64,000 bases of DNA from Eledone cirrhosa (Eukaryota): positions 34,782,001 to 34,846,000 of the forward strand of contig OZ024745.1 in the NCBI GenBank assembly GCA_964016885.1, in the 5' to 3' direction. Numbering within the stretch: position 1 is the first letter of the stretch; each line of letters begins with the position of its first letter. This document shows positions 1 through 11,912 of the stretch, one piece after another. Position numbers and translations under genes: made by a program. The notes below the pieces were generated by a model. The model worked only from the letters and a program-made list of their open reading frames with translations. It was not told the DNA's origin and ran no database searches.

Positions 1-1469
1 CCTCTGGTAAAACCCTGACAAAAACCTCACTCCATAAGGCCTACAAGGCAAGCCTATGCTTTAACGGGAAATGACCTTAAAATGTTTGTTGTATAGTATC
101 AGTTCAGATCTGGTCTGATGTGGCACATGGTGTTTCAGGCAATTCTGTTTTAGAACATTTACATATTGTTACTTGCACAATGTTCACACTTTGAGTAATA
201 AAATTACAATCATCAACATTTTTGCATTCAACAAATGTTGCTGGTAGACTTAATTAAACCATTACTTACTTGAATACCACCACCTGGCCGATGGGTGCCT
301 TTAGCATCATTCACTCTTTTGCAAACAGGCAAACCAGGTCTTTAATTTGCAGATACCTTCTTCCTTCTATCTTTGCAGTCTCAGACTCCCTGAAAAATGT
401 TATGAGAACTGCCCTTCCCTATTGACTAGACAATAGAATAAATGAAAAATAATAATTTTGTTGTGAAATAATTTAGCTGTGGGTAAGGTTTACTTAGTAT
501 AGTTTCATTCTATTAATATAGCCAACAATTATTTTATAGTAATTAAATAAGTCATTATTGATTTCACATCGCCAAGAAGAATATGCTCTATAGTTTCAGT
601 TTCTTCTATAGCTACAACTAAAAAGATTCTGTTTACCTATCTCGATGTTGTTTTGCTTCAGTTCTTCACTAGTGTTGTTGATGTTACCTTGTCCAGCATT
701 GCCTGTTGTTTGTAACAAGTCATTGCAAAGTGAATTTAAGTTGGAGACAAATATTACTTCGACCTTGAATAAAAAGTTTCTTCGATGATTGTGATCAGAA
801 CAATAAACAGTTATTTAACACAGCTGATATTTGTGGTATTAATGTTAGAGATAGTATTCATCACAAATTCAATGATTTTCTCATACACAAAGTCTGTAAC
901 TGCTCACACTGAATGTATATGTATGTATGTATGATTCAGTAATGAAATACAGGAATGAAACACATTATGTATGTATCTGTATGTGCATGCATTTTCATAC
1001 ACAATTGTAAATTTTTCATACACAAGTGTAAATTTTATTACATGAAAATGTGGGTGAATGAAAACCACTTTTCTACAGTCTTTTTTGTGGACACCATGCT
1101 GGTCACCACTTCATTGTTTATATTTACAAATACTGACTGCCACTGTTCAATGTCATTAAGTGTGAGGTGATACTTTAACTCAGATTTCAGTTATTAAAAT
1201 AGTCATTGGTATTCAGCAGTGTATCTTAGTGGATATCAGTAAAAAATATATCAAATAATGAAAGGCTCTAATTTTCAATAAAATTAATGCAGTTTTTCTT
1301 TTTGTATGTTATTAAAACATAAGGCTATTTTAAGTATAGAATCATAATCCAATGTACTTAATATTGACCTAAGAATATTTAATATTAACTTTAGAATCTG
1401 TAAAATTGTAGTGTAGATGCCTTGATAACATTCACCAGTCCACTCTGTAAGGTTATAGTCCTGGTATAA

Positions 1470-1653
1470 TGATGAAATAACCCAATACACCCTGTAAAGT
1501 GGTTGGAATTATGAAGGGCATCCAGCCATAGAAACCATGCTAATATGAAACATATGAGCAAGATGTGGGGATCGGTTCTTTCTAGTCTCAAACCTAATAA
1601 ACCTACCATTTACACATGTGGATAATGGACATAAAATGATAATGATGATGATG
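1470..1653 (+). mobile_element. Degenerate SINE / RTE-derived non-autonomous fragment
   Basis: Motif 'gtaaagtggttgg..atgaagggcatccagccatagaaa' and tail 'ggacataaaatgataatgatgatg', shared with elements at 6798 and 59640. Confidence 0.65.
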
Positions 1654-3072
1654 GCATATAAATAATTCTGTGGTTGGTCAAATTTAAACATTTCCTCAGG
1701 AGTTTTCAGCAGCCTGAACCTCCAGCTGTAGTAACTTGTTATACTTGCCAGAATCTATTTATAACCTATATTAATGGGCTGAATGTTTAAGCTTGAGGGC
1801 CATAAAATGTATGTCCACTGCTGCACCACTGCTCAAAGCTGATTTTTATTGAGAACAAAAACTGTAATATCAAATAAGATTGAATCAATTTTGTATCCAA
1901 ATTAAATGCATGTATTATTAATGTTTTGTGACCATAATGTTCTACATGGAAGATTGACTTGCGAAAAATTGCAACCAAATCTCCCTCAAAATTATACCTT
2001 ACCATATAAAACAAGGGAGGAGACACTGGATAATATAGTGATAGATATACTATAACAGAAATAAATATGAGGGTTGAAATTCACTTCTAAATCAGCCCCA
2101 TTGTGTGGCACCTTGGACAAGTGTCATTCACAATATCTGTGTGAGAACCTTTAAGCCATTCTCTAAATTCTAACTTAATGATTATTAAATGCTTCAAAAT
2201 GATTTGAATATCATAGACAGTGTATTTCATTAGAAATTTAGTAATGAAAGGGTTAATATGTTTATTTTTCAAAACATAATATTTGAAGTACATATCCAGT
2301 TTTATTGGTAAACATTTTATGTAGTCTGACCAATGTGAAGGATGTATTTCTATTAAAAAATAAATTAGTAATAGGACAAACACAAGAGTCTTGAAGTTTC
2401 TATGTCTTTTGGCAATATTTAGAGTATACTGAGAAGAGAAGATAACAATAGAAAATGTTTAAAACAACAATGAAGCTAAGGAAAAACATTAGACTGATTA
2501 ATGGTAAGGAAGTTTCTAATATTTGTTCATGTAGGTGTGATTGATCAATTGGTTGATATGATGGTCGAAATGATGCATTTACCTAATGTACTCTAGACAT
2601 AGACTAACTATGAAAAGAAGTTTGTTATGGTTATGAGTTCAATCCTGCAGCATGGCACTTATATAACCTTGGGTTGACCAATGCCTTATGAGTTAAATTT
2701 GGTCGACAGAAACTGTAGAAACCTATCATATATCAGCATATATATGTGTGTGTGTGTGTTTGTGTGTCTGCTTGTGTGCTTGTGTGCTTGTGTTTATCTT
2801 TCAACAAAAAGTGATCAATAAAATAAGAACCTCACTTGAAAAATTAAATATTGGAATTAGTAGGAATGACCAAATCCTTTTAAGGTGGTACCCCTAGCAT
2901 AGGCTTGGTCATGTGACTTAAACTTATAAAAGAATTTTAAAAATTGATAACTCTAATAGTTTTGCCACTTCAGAGATCTGTATATAAATGTCAAGATGAT
3001 ATATATATATATATATATATTATAATGAAATGACAGGAGGCTGGATTTGTGTAAATCCTTGAAAGGTTTATT

Positions 3073-3130
3073 ATACTATGATCATTTCAATGACCGGATT
3101 CCGTATGAATCCGGTGATATCATCAGGTAT
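3073..3130 (-). ncRNA. Minimal type I hammerhead ribozyme (family A, inverted arm)
   Basis: Minus strand: atac-CTGATGA-tatcaccggattc-atacg-gaatccggtcatt-GAAA-tgatca-TA-gtat; distal stem II fully paired. Confidence 0.7.
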
Positions 3131-3223
3131 TCGAAATATAATACGTGAATGTAATAGATAAATCAGGTCCTCGATTTTCAGCCCCATGGATTTTATCTAT
3201 TACATTCATGTATTATATTTCGA

Positions 3224-3280
3224 ATACCTGATGATATCACCGGTTCATACGGAACCCGGTCATTGAAATGATCATAGTAT
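3224..3280 (+). ncRNA. Minimal type I hammerhead ribozyme (family A, forward arm)
   Basis: atac-CTGATGA-tatcaccgg...ccggtcatt-GAAA-t-GATC-a-TA-gtat: stem I atac/gtat, palindromic loop III GATC, UA cleavage site; first stem II pair is U-U. Confidence 0.7.
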
Positions 3281-3898
3281 AATAAACCTTTCAAGGATTT
3301 ACACAAATCCAGCCTCCTGTCATTTCATTATAATATTTAACTCCGTAATAGCACCACCAACTACAAAAACAAAGACGGTTGAACTGCTTTACGTTGAGTA
3401 CTCTCTATATTATTACATTACGATTGACCATACGGAATAGACCAGCTCTATACACTGGTGAACCTCAAACCTGAATATATATATATATATATATATAAAA
3501 GGTCAATCGTAAGTAACTGGGCAGCCAATGAACTTTTATTGCAAGGTTTACAGATATTAATTTAAGGTATTGATTTAGTTATATTTCTTTACCTACTTTT
3601 GTTTGATGTATTTATAATTTCGTGCTGTATGACTAGAAATTTCGTAAATATTATCATTTGGAATATAAATGTTGGACTGTCTGGTTACTTATTATTCACC
3701 ATGTACATACTGTATTTAATAAAGTAACAATGCTTTCTGCTTTTTGTGGTGTCGTATTTAAGGCAGTGATATATTGATCTAGTTGTTCATATTCTAAATG
3801 TCTTACATTAGACAGAACTGTTAAATAACATGAAGTCTTAATGATCATCTGTATTGCCATGTGTATTGATATCAATTATATTACAATAAATTGGAAGT

Positions 3899-3901
<3 letters not shown>

Positions 3902-3954
<53 letters not shown>

Positions 3955-4070
3955 ACACACACATACATACATACATACATACATACATACATACATACAT
4001 ACATACATACATACATACATACATACATACATACATGCATGCATATGCATGCATGCATACATGCATACAT
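3902..4070. repeat. Compound (CA)n/(TACA)n microsatellite
   Basis: Direct reading; a second (TACA)n/(GACA)n block lies at 4670-4773. Confidence 0.97.
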
Positions 4071-4669
4071 GGTGGCTGCCAATTCGTTTTCAAGTACGGC
4101 CACTACTTTATATCCATGTAGGGGAGAACCCCTACCGATGCACTGAACAAGTGTGACTTCTTAGTCCAGCCAGCGACTTGAAAACTCTGGTACAAACACT
4201 ACACTTGTGACAATTATTGACACATAGTGCTGGGCCCATGGTACCATGTGACGACAAGTGCAGAGAGATCTCCAGATATAAAGCAATGCCTGTGCCGTGA
4301 AGCTTTTATAGTGAGCAAAGGCACTGCACAAAGCCAGTCCCACTCTCTTAACCAAGATGATATTTACCAAAAAGAAGAACAAGTCAACATCATTGGATAC
4401 CATCAGGGTTGCAGGTGTTATATCAGAGTTTTCCTTCTCCTAGAATTCTGCCATGACAAAGGCTAAGGGGTCATCTCTCCCGTTGATTTTGAATGGCCAT
4501 TGACTCTTAACAGCTCCTTTGCCCTTTGGCAGGATTTGTTTTTAGTCCTGCAGGATGTCCAAAGTCACCAAGAAACCTTGGTGGGGTTGCCAGTTTAGTC
4601 GCCAACGACCCGACCAGGGGACAGGTTGTACTGGGATACATGTTACCAGTAGCACCAACTGGTGACCTG
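4071..4669 (-). mobile_element. GC-richer non-autonomous element with RTE 5'UTR-like motif, between (TACA)n arrays
   Basis: Minus strand contains 'ctaggagaaggaaaactctgat...cacctgcaaccc', recalled as an RTE-clade 5'UTR motif (similar motif on + near 37687); bounded by tetranucleotide arrays. Confidence 0.55.
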
Positions 4670-5032
4670 ACATACATACATACATACATACATACATACA
4701 TACATACATACATACATACATACATACATACATACATACATACATACATACAGACAGACAGACAGACAGACAGAACACTGTTTTAAAACAAAGATGAAGT
4801 TACAATATTTTATTATCCCTACACTTGTTACTATGATTTTCCTAACTCAACGTGTTTCATAAGAGTTATTTAGAATTGCATCATTGAGATTATTGTACAG
4901 TCAAATACACACCTTAAAGCGTGTTCACTCTCTCAGATTTTTTACTGTGTGGGAAGATTTTTTTCACATGATAGGAGCAAAAATATATTGTGTTCTTAAA
5001 GATCTAGTGTATTTGTTCTTGTGAATTTCATC

Positions 5033-5205
5033 ATCATCACCATTTAACAACTATTTTTCCATGCTTGCATGGATTAGACAGGTCATCTACGTTATGAGAC
5101 AAGTCTGGCCAGTTAGCTGCACTGTACCTTGCTCAAACAGAACTGTTTTTGACTGTTTCTTTTACAGCTGGATGCCATTCCTTACACTAACCACGTTTAC
5201 AGTGG
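5033..5205 (-). mobile_element. Degenerate SINE / RTE-tail fragment
   Basis: (CAT)n tail plus 'ttttccatgcttgcatgg' and 'tttacagctggatgccattccttacactaaccac', the reverse complement of the recurrent motif. Confidence 0.65.
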
Positions 5206-5252
5206 TCCACTCTAGTAAAGTATTATTGTTTTCAGAGCTAGAGGTGGGGTTA

Positions 5253-6205
5253 TTAAGTGAATTTATTCACAAAACCTTTTAATATTATGGGAACTGTTTT
5301 TGTCTTGATATATTTTTGTATCATATTAAAGAGAGTGGGACCAGTTGAGGTGAAGCAGTTGTAGAGTATCGTTACTATAAGATGCAAGTTTGATTTTTGT
5401 AGTGGGTGGATAGAATGGGGACCATGCCATGGGTAGATTTTAAAGATTATGCCAACATTATTTGGGCAGTATTGATGGAATTTTTTCCACATCATACAGA
5501 TGATGTAGCATTCATGGTCGTGTTGGAGAGAGTAAAGTTTGAGTTTTTCTAGTCGACTCCAATAGTCAAGACCTGTCATACCATCTATCGTCTTTGTAAT
5601 TGCCCTCTGTGGGGGCTTCAATTTTCATAAAACTTTGTTTTGTGTGAGGAGACCACAGTGGACAAAAGTATTCAAGGTGGGGCTGGAAGTTCTGAGAATC
5701 CAGGAATACTTCCTTCAGGCCAAGTCAACTTTGGTGTTTATGTGAGGACTTCAGCTTATGTTGTTATCAACAATTACTCCCAGGTTTCTCATGGAAAGGA
5801 ATATGAGAGTTTCAATGTATCTTCTTTTCCAAAATGGATTAGTTCGAATTTATCCTCGTTCTGCAGCATATTGCTTTTTCATATTGCTTTTTCATCCATT
5901 GGATAGCAGCATGTAGACATGATTGAAGGCATATCCAGTCTCCCACTCCATTGATGACTTTCTGGAGCTTGGAATTATCTGCGCAAAGATTCTTATTTTG
6001 CTGAGGTTGATGATGTCAGTAATGTCATTGATATAGATAATGAAGAGAAGTGGGCCCATCATAGTGCCTTGTGGGATACCAGTACTGACTTTGGCTGGGC
6101 TTGTTTGTAGATCTTTGACTAAAACATGTTGGGTTCTGTTTGTCAGGAAACACTTGATCCATTGCAATAACTTTCCAGAGACACTAAATTTGGATGTGTT
6201 TCTGG
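5253..6205 (-). mobile_element. CR1/L2-like LINE ORF2 remnant (RT domain and C-terminal part), frameshifted
   Basis: WIKCFLTNRTQHV..GIPQGTMMGPLLFIIYIND..IRIFA, and PQRAITKTIDGMTGLDYWSRLEKLKLYSLQ: non-LTR RT motifs. Confidence 0.9.
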
Positions 6206-6259
6206 ATTCACAGAACTTTCCAGTCGAAAGATATCCACACTATTATCCTTCTCTTCTCT

Positions 6260-6570
6260 ACTTTTGCCCGACCCCACTTTGAATACTGTTGTCCTCTGTC
6301 GTTTCCTCATACAAAATAAAGTATTATGAAATTTGAAGCACCTTAATGGTCAATCACAAAAAAGATAGACGGCATAATAGGCCTTGACTAGAAATGCCTT
6401 AACTCTACCCTCTCCAACATCGCTGTGAGCGCTAAATTATCTGTACGATGTGGAAAATATTCCATCAGCATTGCCCAAATAATTATTTCTACTTTAGGCA
6501 CAAGGCCAGCATTGTCCAAATAATGGCCCACAACAAAAATCAAACTCACATCTCATAACAACATTATGGG
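6260..6570 (+). mobile_element. Second fragment of the same LINE family, opposite orientation
   Basis: 'caatcacaaaaaagatagacggcat...ccttgacta...aactctaccctctccaacat...tgtggaaaatattccatcagcattgcccaaataat' matches the reverse complement of 5460-5680. Confidence 0.8.
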
Positions 6571-6579
6571 ACAATTTAA

Positions 6580-6678
6580 TATATAATATGTTATATAATA
6601 TATATATATATATACATATTATATAATGTATATATTATATATATATAATATATATATATATGTATATATATATATATG

Positions 6679-6732
<54 letters not shown>

Positions 6733-6744
6733 CATATACATATA

Positions 6745-6797
<53 letters not shown>
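6580..6797. repeat. Interrupted (TA)n microsatellite
   Basis: Direct reading. Similar arrays at 10707-10826, 11686-11755, 15930-15988, 16860-17005, 18721-19020, 21040-21110, 22296-22384, 23272-23340, 23928-24055, 27224-27740, 30431-30552, 31160-31260, 31596-31709. Confidence 0.97.
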
Positions 6798-6799
<2 letters not shown>

Positions 6800-7130
6800 A
6801 AGCACATAGCTTAGTGGTTAGAGCAATCGAAAGGTTGTGAGTTCAATTCTCAGACTGGGTGATGTGTTGTTTCCTTGAGCAAGACACTTTATTTCACATT
6901 GCTCCAGTTTACTCAGCTGTAGAAATGAGATGATAGGGACTGGGGTCCATATCATTCCACTGCAAAGTGGTCGTGGAGGTGCCACGGCAAAAAAGCACCC
7001 AGCACTCACTGTAAATGAGGTTGGTGTTAGGAAGGGCATCCAGCTGTAGAAATCAAGCCAGAATCAGTTCCCGTCCCACCCTTGCAAGCAGGGTAAAGCG
7101 GACGTAAAATGAAATGATGATGAAATGATG
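6798..7130 (+). mobile_element. Near full-length tRNA-derived CORE-like SINE with RTE 3' tail
   Basis: A box 'tagcttagtgg', B box 'gttcaattc', CORE-like 'ccttgagcaagacactttatttcacattgctccagtttactcagctgtagaaatgag', 3' end 'cccgtcccacccttgcaagcagggtaaagcggacgtaaaatgaaatgatga' matching RTE ends at 15065 and 52290. Confidence 0.88.
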
Positions 7131-7148
7131 ATATATATATATATATAT

Positions 7149-7460
7149 CAATGATATTAAATAAATGGAAACTATATTTATAAAACCATATTTATTCTAT
7201 TATATATATTTCAAGGGTACCAAAACTTTGGTATGCTCTCATCAGATAAAATACAAAGTTTGTTTTATAAATATTGACATATCCAGGAAGGAGATCTTAA
7301 CAGTTCAAGTTTTTCCTGGATAGTAAAAGGAAAGAAAGAAAAGAGAAGAAAAATCAAATATTTCAAATTATTAAAGATGAATATGCAAATGAGGGTGAGG
7401 TATAGGGCTGAACAAAAACGTTATTTTTAGACGCTAGGTAGATTTAAATAATTATTAGGA
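7149..7460 (-). mobile_element. PLE-like insert in (TA)n, family C
   Basis: TA-flanked; carries a hammerhead; its 3' 50 nt (7154-7204) match the arms of the fold-back at 36619. Confidence 0.65.
7195..7251 (-). ncRNA. Minimal type I hammerhead ribozyme (family C)
   Basis: Minus strand: ttttat-CTGATGA-gagcataccaaagttttggtaccctt-GAAA-t-ATAT-a-TA-atagaa; stem I ttttat/atagaa with one G-U. Confidence 0.72.
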
Positions 7461-8782
7461 TATATATATGTATGTGTAGGAGAAAGAAAGAAAAGCTTGT
7501 ATTTACGTGAATTAAATATCCCTTTTGCTTATATATATATATATATATATATAACATGGAGGATGGATGGAAAATAGTGATGTTGATGTGTTGGGTGGAT
7601 TTTAAAGCTTTTCATTGAGGAATTTCTTAAAGATGTGGTGATAATTTATAGATGGCTAAGCAACATGACTGAAAAGAAAAATGATTAGAAAGAAAGTTAC
7701 TAAGAAGTTACTAATTCTAATTTAGATGAGAAGAAAATCTCTCATACATCTCATTTGTTGCGATAAAAGTACTTTAAAATATTCTATAGAAATTGAGAGT
7801 TAGCAGTCATTATACTCCTCTAAAAAAAAAAATACGGAAAAAAATATTATATTCACCATAAAATAATATGAAATTAAATATCTTGAATATGTTCAAAATA
7901 TGGCCCAATTAATTTTAAAGATATTACGATCGATAACGATAAAATGTTTACATGAATCTAATGAACATTTCTTTCTAGGCATGAAATTTTAGAACTGTAA
8001 GGGATGGGAACTAAAATGCTGTAGTTTTGACCTCCTTTCAAAATAAGGTGAAACCAACAATTCCAGTCATTCATCATAACTACGTTTTAGATTCCATTTT
8101 CAAAAGATATGACAACAACAATGTCGGAAGCCAAAAATACCACTTTTATTGTTATATTTATTCATTATATTTCTGAGGATATTTTCTTTTTTCATATTAT
8201 CTACGAATAAGACTCTGAATTTCAAATATTCAAAGGAAATCTATAAGAGAACTCTATGCGTGTATTTAATTGACATCCCACTTGGCAATGGTTTCTCATT
8301 TTGAATAATTATCATTATTTCTTTCTATGAAGGAGTAATTATGTTGTACACTCCCATCATCATTGATGAGATGTAGCTTATTAACTTAATTAGGTTGATT
8401 TTCTCTGGTTTATTTACCTTTGTTAATTCTTATACCACATGTTTTGCTTATATGTTTCTTTCAATATAGACATAAGAATACAAACATACATTTAGATATG
8501 TAAATTTCATATAGATATATGCATACAAATGTATTTTATTAAGGCTAAACCAGTAGACTCTGTATTTACCTTAAAATAATAATATATATGTTCGTATTGA
8601 GTACACATTTATGCATTTGTCAATGCTCATGGATATACACATGCTAGCATGGAAACGTTGATGATGATGATGACATGCACATACACATATAAACATGGAA
8701 TTATAAAAGCTAATATGGGGGAAGAATAACCAGTCAACTGGAGGTTAAGAGAACTATGTTTTATCTATGAAATAAATGGGAT

Positions 8783-9075
8783 CATCATCATCATCATTTA
8801 ACGTCTGTTTTCCTTTCTTGTATGATTTATACAGGTTGTCATGTATTAATGCTTAACTAGGTGACACCATCTAAGCAACATTTCTGGGGCTTGTTTTCTA
8901 TGGCTGAATGTCCTTCCTAACACCAACCACCTTACCCCATGTACTGGGAGTGTTTTATCATGACTCCAGCATTCCCCCTTACAGAGTGGATGAGGTGTCT
9001 TTTGTCATGGCATCAGCACTACCACTTTACAGAGTAGGTTGGCTATATTTTTTCCATGTCACCAGCACTAGAGAG
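8783..9075 (-). mobile_element. Degenerate SINE/RTE-derived element with internally repeated module
   Basis: (CAT)n tail, 'tccttcctaacaccaaccac', and about three decayed copies of 'ccactttacagag...ttttt..catggcaccagcact'. Confidence 0.6.
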
Positions 9076-9559
9076 GTATTGATAGGAGTTGGGGAAGGAT
9101 CATTACCATTGTATGAGAGAAAACATCAGGTCATGCAGGTGGCCTAGAAGAGAGTGAGTTGTGTTTGCTGGTACATGGCTTTCCATGCTGGCATAGGTTG
9201 AACAAAAAACAAGGAATTGGGTGGGAGAAGGCTCTTTATTTCATGTTGAGGAAGGCGGGACAGGGAAGGTGAATTTGATGTGGGAGGGGGAAGCATAATA
9301 TGAAGAGAAGTGAACAATTTAATAAAATTTTATTTCTTCTGTTTTTAATTATTTTATCTTATATGTTGTCTAGTTCAGAATATAATTTATAAATATATCT
9401 AATTTATTCATCAACATCATTATAGTTCACTTGCTTTAAAACTAAACCTTAGCTTACTTTTCAGTTGTTTGGTGGTTGCTAGCATGTGACAGCAGGTCAT
9501 GCTTCCTAGCAAGCAACTAACTAGACAATGCAGTCCCTCTCAAAGTGAGCAATACCTCT

Positions 9560-9900
9560 GTGGCAGATCTTCGGCCAACATGTTTAGTTGCAGACTTCAG
9601 AGTGGCTTTGAAGATGTTTTTGTACTGCTTATACTCCCCATCCAATAACTGGTGCTTCTTGTCCAGCTGGGTTAATATGAGAGCCTTCAGGAGATGTTTG
9701 TTGTCCATGTGCATCACATGCCATGTCAGTGTAGCTATACTTGCACAATGATGGACTCAATGCAGGTGATGTTACATAACCACAGTATCTTCAAGTTGAT
9801 GATTATATCCTTCTGGGTGATGTCACAGATCTTCCTGAAGCAGCATTGTGGAACTACTCCAGCTTCCCTATGTGGTGGTGGTATGTGGTCCATGTCTTGT
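9560..9900 (-). mobile_element. Old RTE-clade LINE fragment
   Basis: Minus translation WHVMHMDNKHLLKALI.TQL...GEYKQYKNIFKATLK resembles RTE C-terminal WxGHVxRM..RLPK.LL.G.L...GG.K.RYKD.LK. Confidence 0.65.
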
Positions 9901-10298
9901 AGTGGTAAAATAGGGTCTTGAGAACCACAGCAGGTTAAACTTCAATCTTAGCGCTCAGCCAAATAGCACCTTCTAATCACAAGAACTGATGCAGGCATAC
10001 AAATGATCCTCTGACCTTCCTGCATATATACCATCGATCTTGGGAGAACACAATTGATATAACAGAAGTTGTCTACAACTTTTAGTGGTTCGTTAATAAT
10101 AGTGGTGATGGAGCTGGTGGATTGTGTGCCAGAGCAAGATTGGTGGTGTACATTTGTCTTCTATATATTAAAGATCAATCCATACAAGACAATATGTGTG
10201 TGCAAGCATCATACATACATGCATATATATAATACTTGCATACATCCACACATATATATATGTATGTATATACATATATGTATATATATATATATATA

Positions 10299-10826
<528 letters not shown>

Positions 10827-11266
10827 GTTAAAAGAATAGAGGTGTAACACACAAGTTATTATATATTGGTAAACGGAATAGAAAATGCTGACAAATTGTT
10901 CACAGTTGAAAAATGGTTTAATTAGGAATAAAAGAGTATTAGTGATTGTATGGGTTAGTATTCAGTTGTGGTTTTAAGTTTTTAAGTTTTTACCGGTTGC
11001 GCATTTCTAAATGCTTTTCAAAAATAATTTTGAGATAGAGTGTCCGTGCTGTTTGCTCTGATCTGTTTGCGAGATCAGAGCAAACAGCACGGACACTCTA
11101 TCTCAAAATTATTTTTGAAAAGCATTTAGAAAAGCGCAACCGGTAAAAACTTAAAAACTTAAAACCACAACTGAATACTAACCCATACAATCACTAATAC
11201 TCTTTTATTTCTAATTAAACCATTTTTCAACTGTGAACAATTTGTCAGCATTTTCTATTCCGTTTA

Positions 11267-11275
<9 letters not shown>
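10827..11275 (-). mobile_element. Fold-back insert in (TA)n with ~204-bp arms, no clear ribozyme core
   Basis: Arms 10861-11064 / 11072-11275 with two mismatches seen by eye, 7-nt loop gtttgcg, 34-nt tail at 10827-10860. Confidence 0.75.
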
Positions 11276-11306
<31 letters not shown>

Positions 11307-11672
11307 GGAGGTGAGTTTTATTGTAGCACAATAAAGCAATGCGAATATCGGATAAGTAGCACTCAACAGTTTATTGGACTTATATATATATACATACATT
11401 CATTCTCCCTGCTAGCGCACACACACACACATACACACACAGAGAAGGGATGTATCAGTTTTATGTTATTATCTTTTTCTCAATCCTTGCATCCTTTTAG
11501 AAATAACATGCAAAACCTTTTAACTTTTTTCCACTTAAGATTGTAGCAATTTTTTTTAATTTTGATTATCAATTTCCACTCACTCTCTCTGTATCTGGCA
11601 TCTCATATAACTCACTCTATTTCTCCCACTAAGGGTTTCTCTCTCTCTCCTGCTTTCTACATATATATACAT

Positions 11673-11759
<87 letters not shown>

Positions 11760-11892
11760 TAGTTATGTAATAAACAACATTGAAGGCAAACAAATTTGCT
11801 TTCAGTCGCCAGAATGAAAAAATCCTGGTGTATTTATTGACAGTTGATTTGAAAAACAAAAATATAATATATATATATATGGGGCAGAGTAT

Positions 11893-11912
11893 GGGGGGGG
11901 GGGGGGGGGGGG
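11893..11912 (+). repeat. Poly-G tract (~20 nt)
   Basis: Direct reading. Confidence 0.9.

Larger units (their letters stand above)
3018..3474 (+). mobile_element. Fold-back Penelope-like (PLE) insert in (TA)n, family A
   Basis: ~145-bp inverted arms (about 3018-3162 / 3192-3336), ~29-nt loop, ~140-nt unique tail, (TA)n on both sides; hammerhead core in each arm. Confidence 0.75.

Noticed and set aside
6798-6860. tRNA gene
   Set aside because: A and B boxes are present but no full cloverleaf; it is a SINE head. The same applies to 13060 and 24978.
10888-10925. ctgacaa-attgttcacagtt-gaaa in the 204-bp fold-back
   Set aside because: Core mismatched and no stem I or III; not called a ribozyme.
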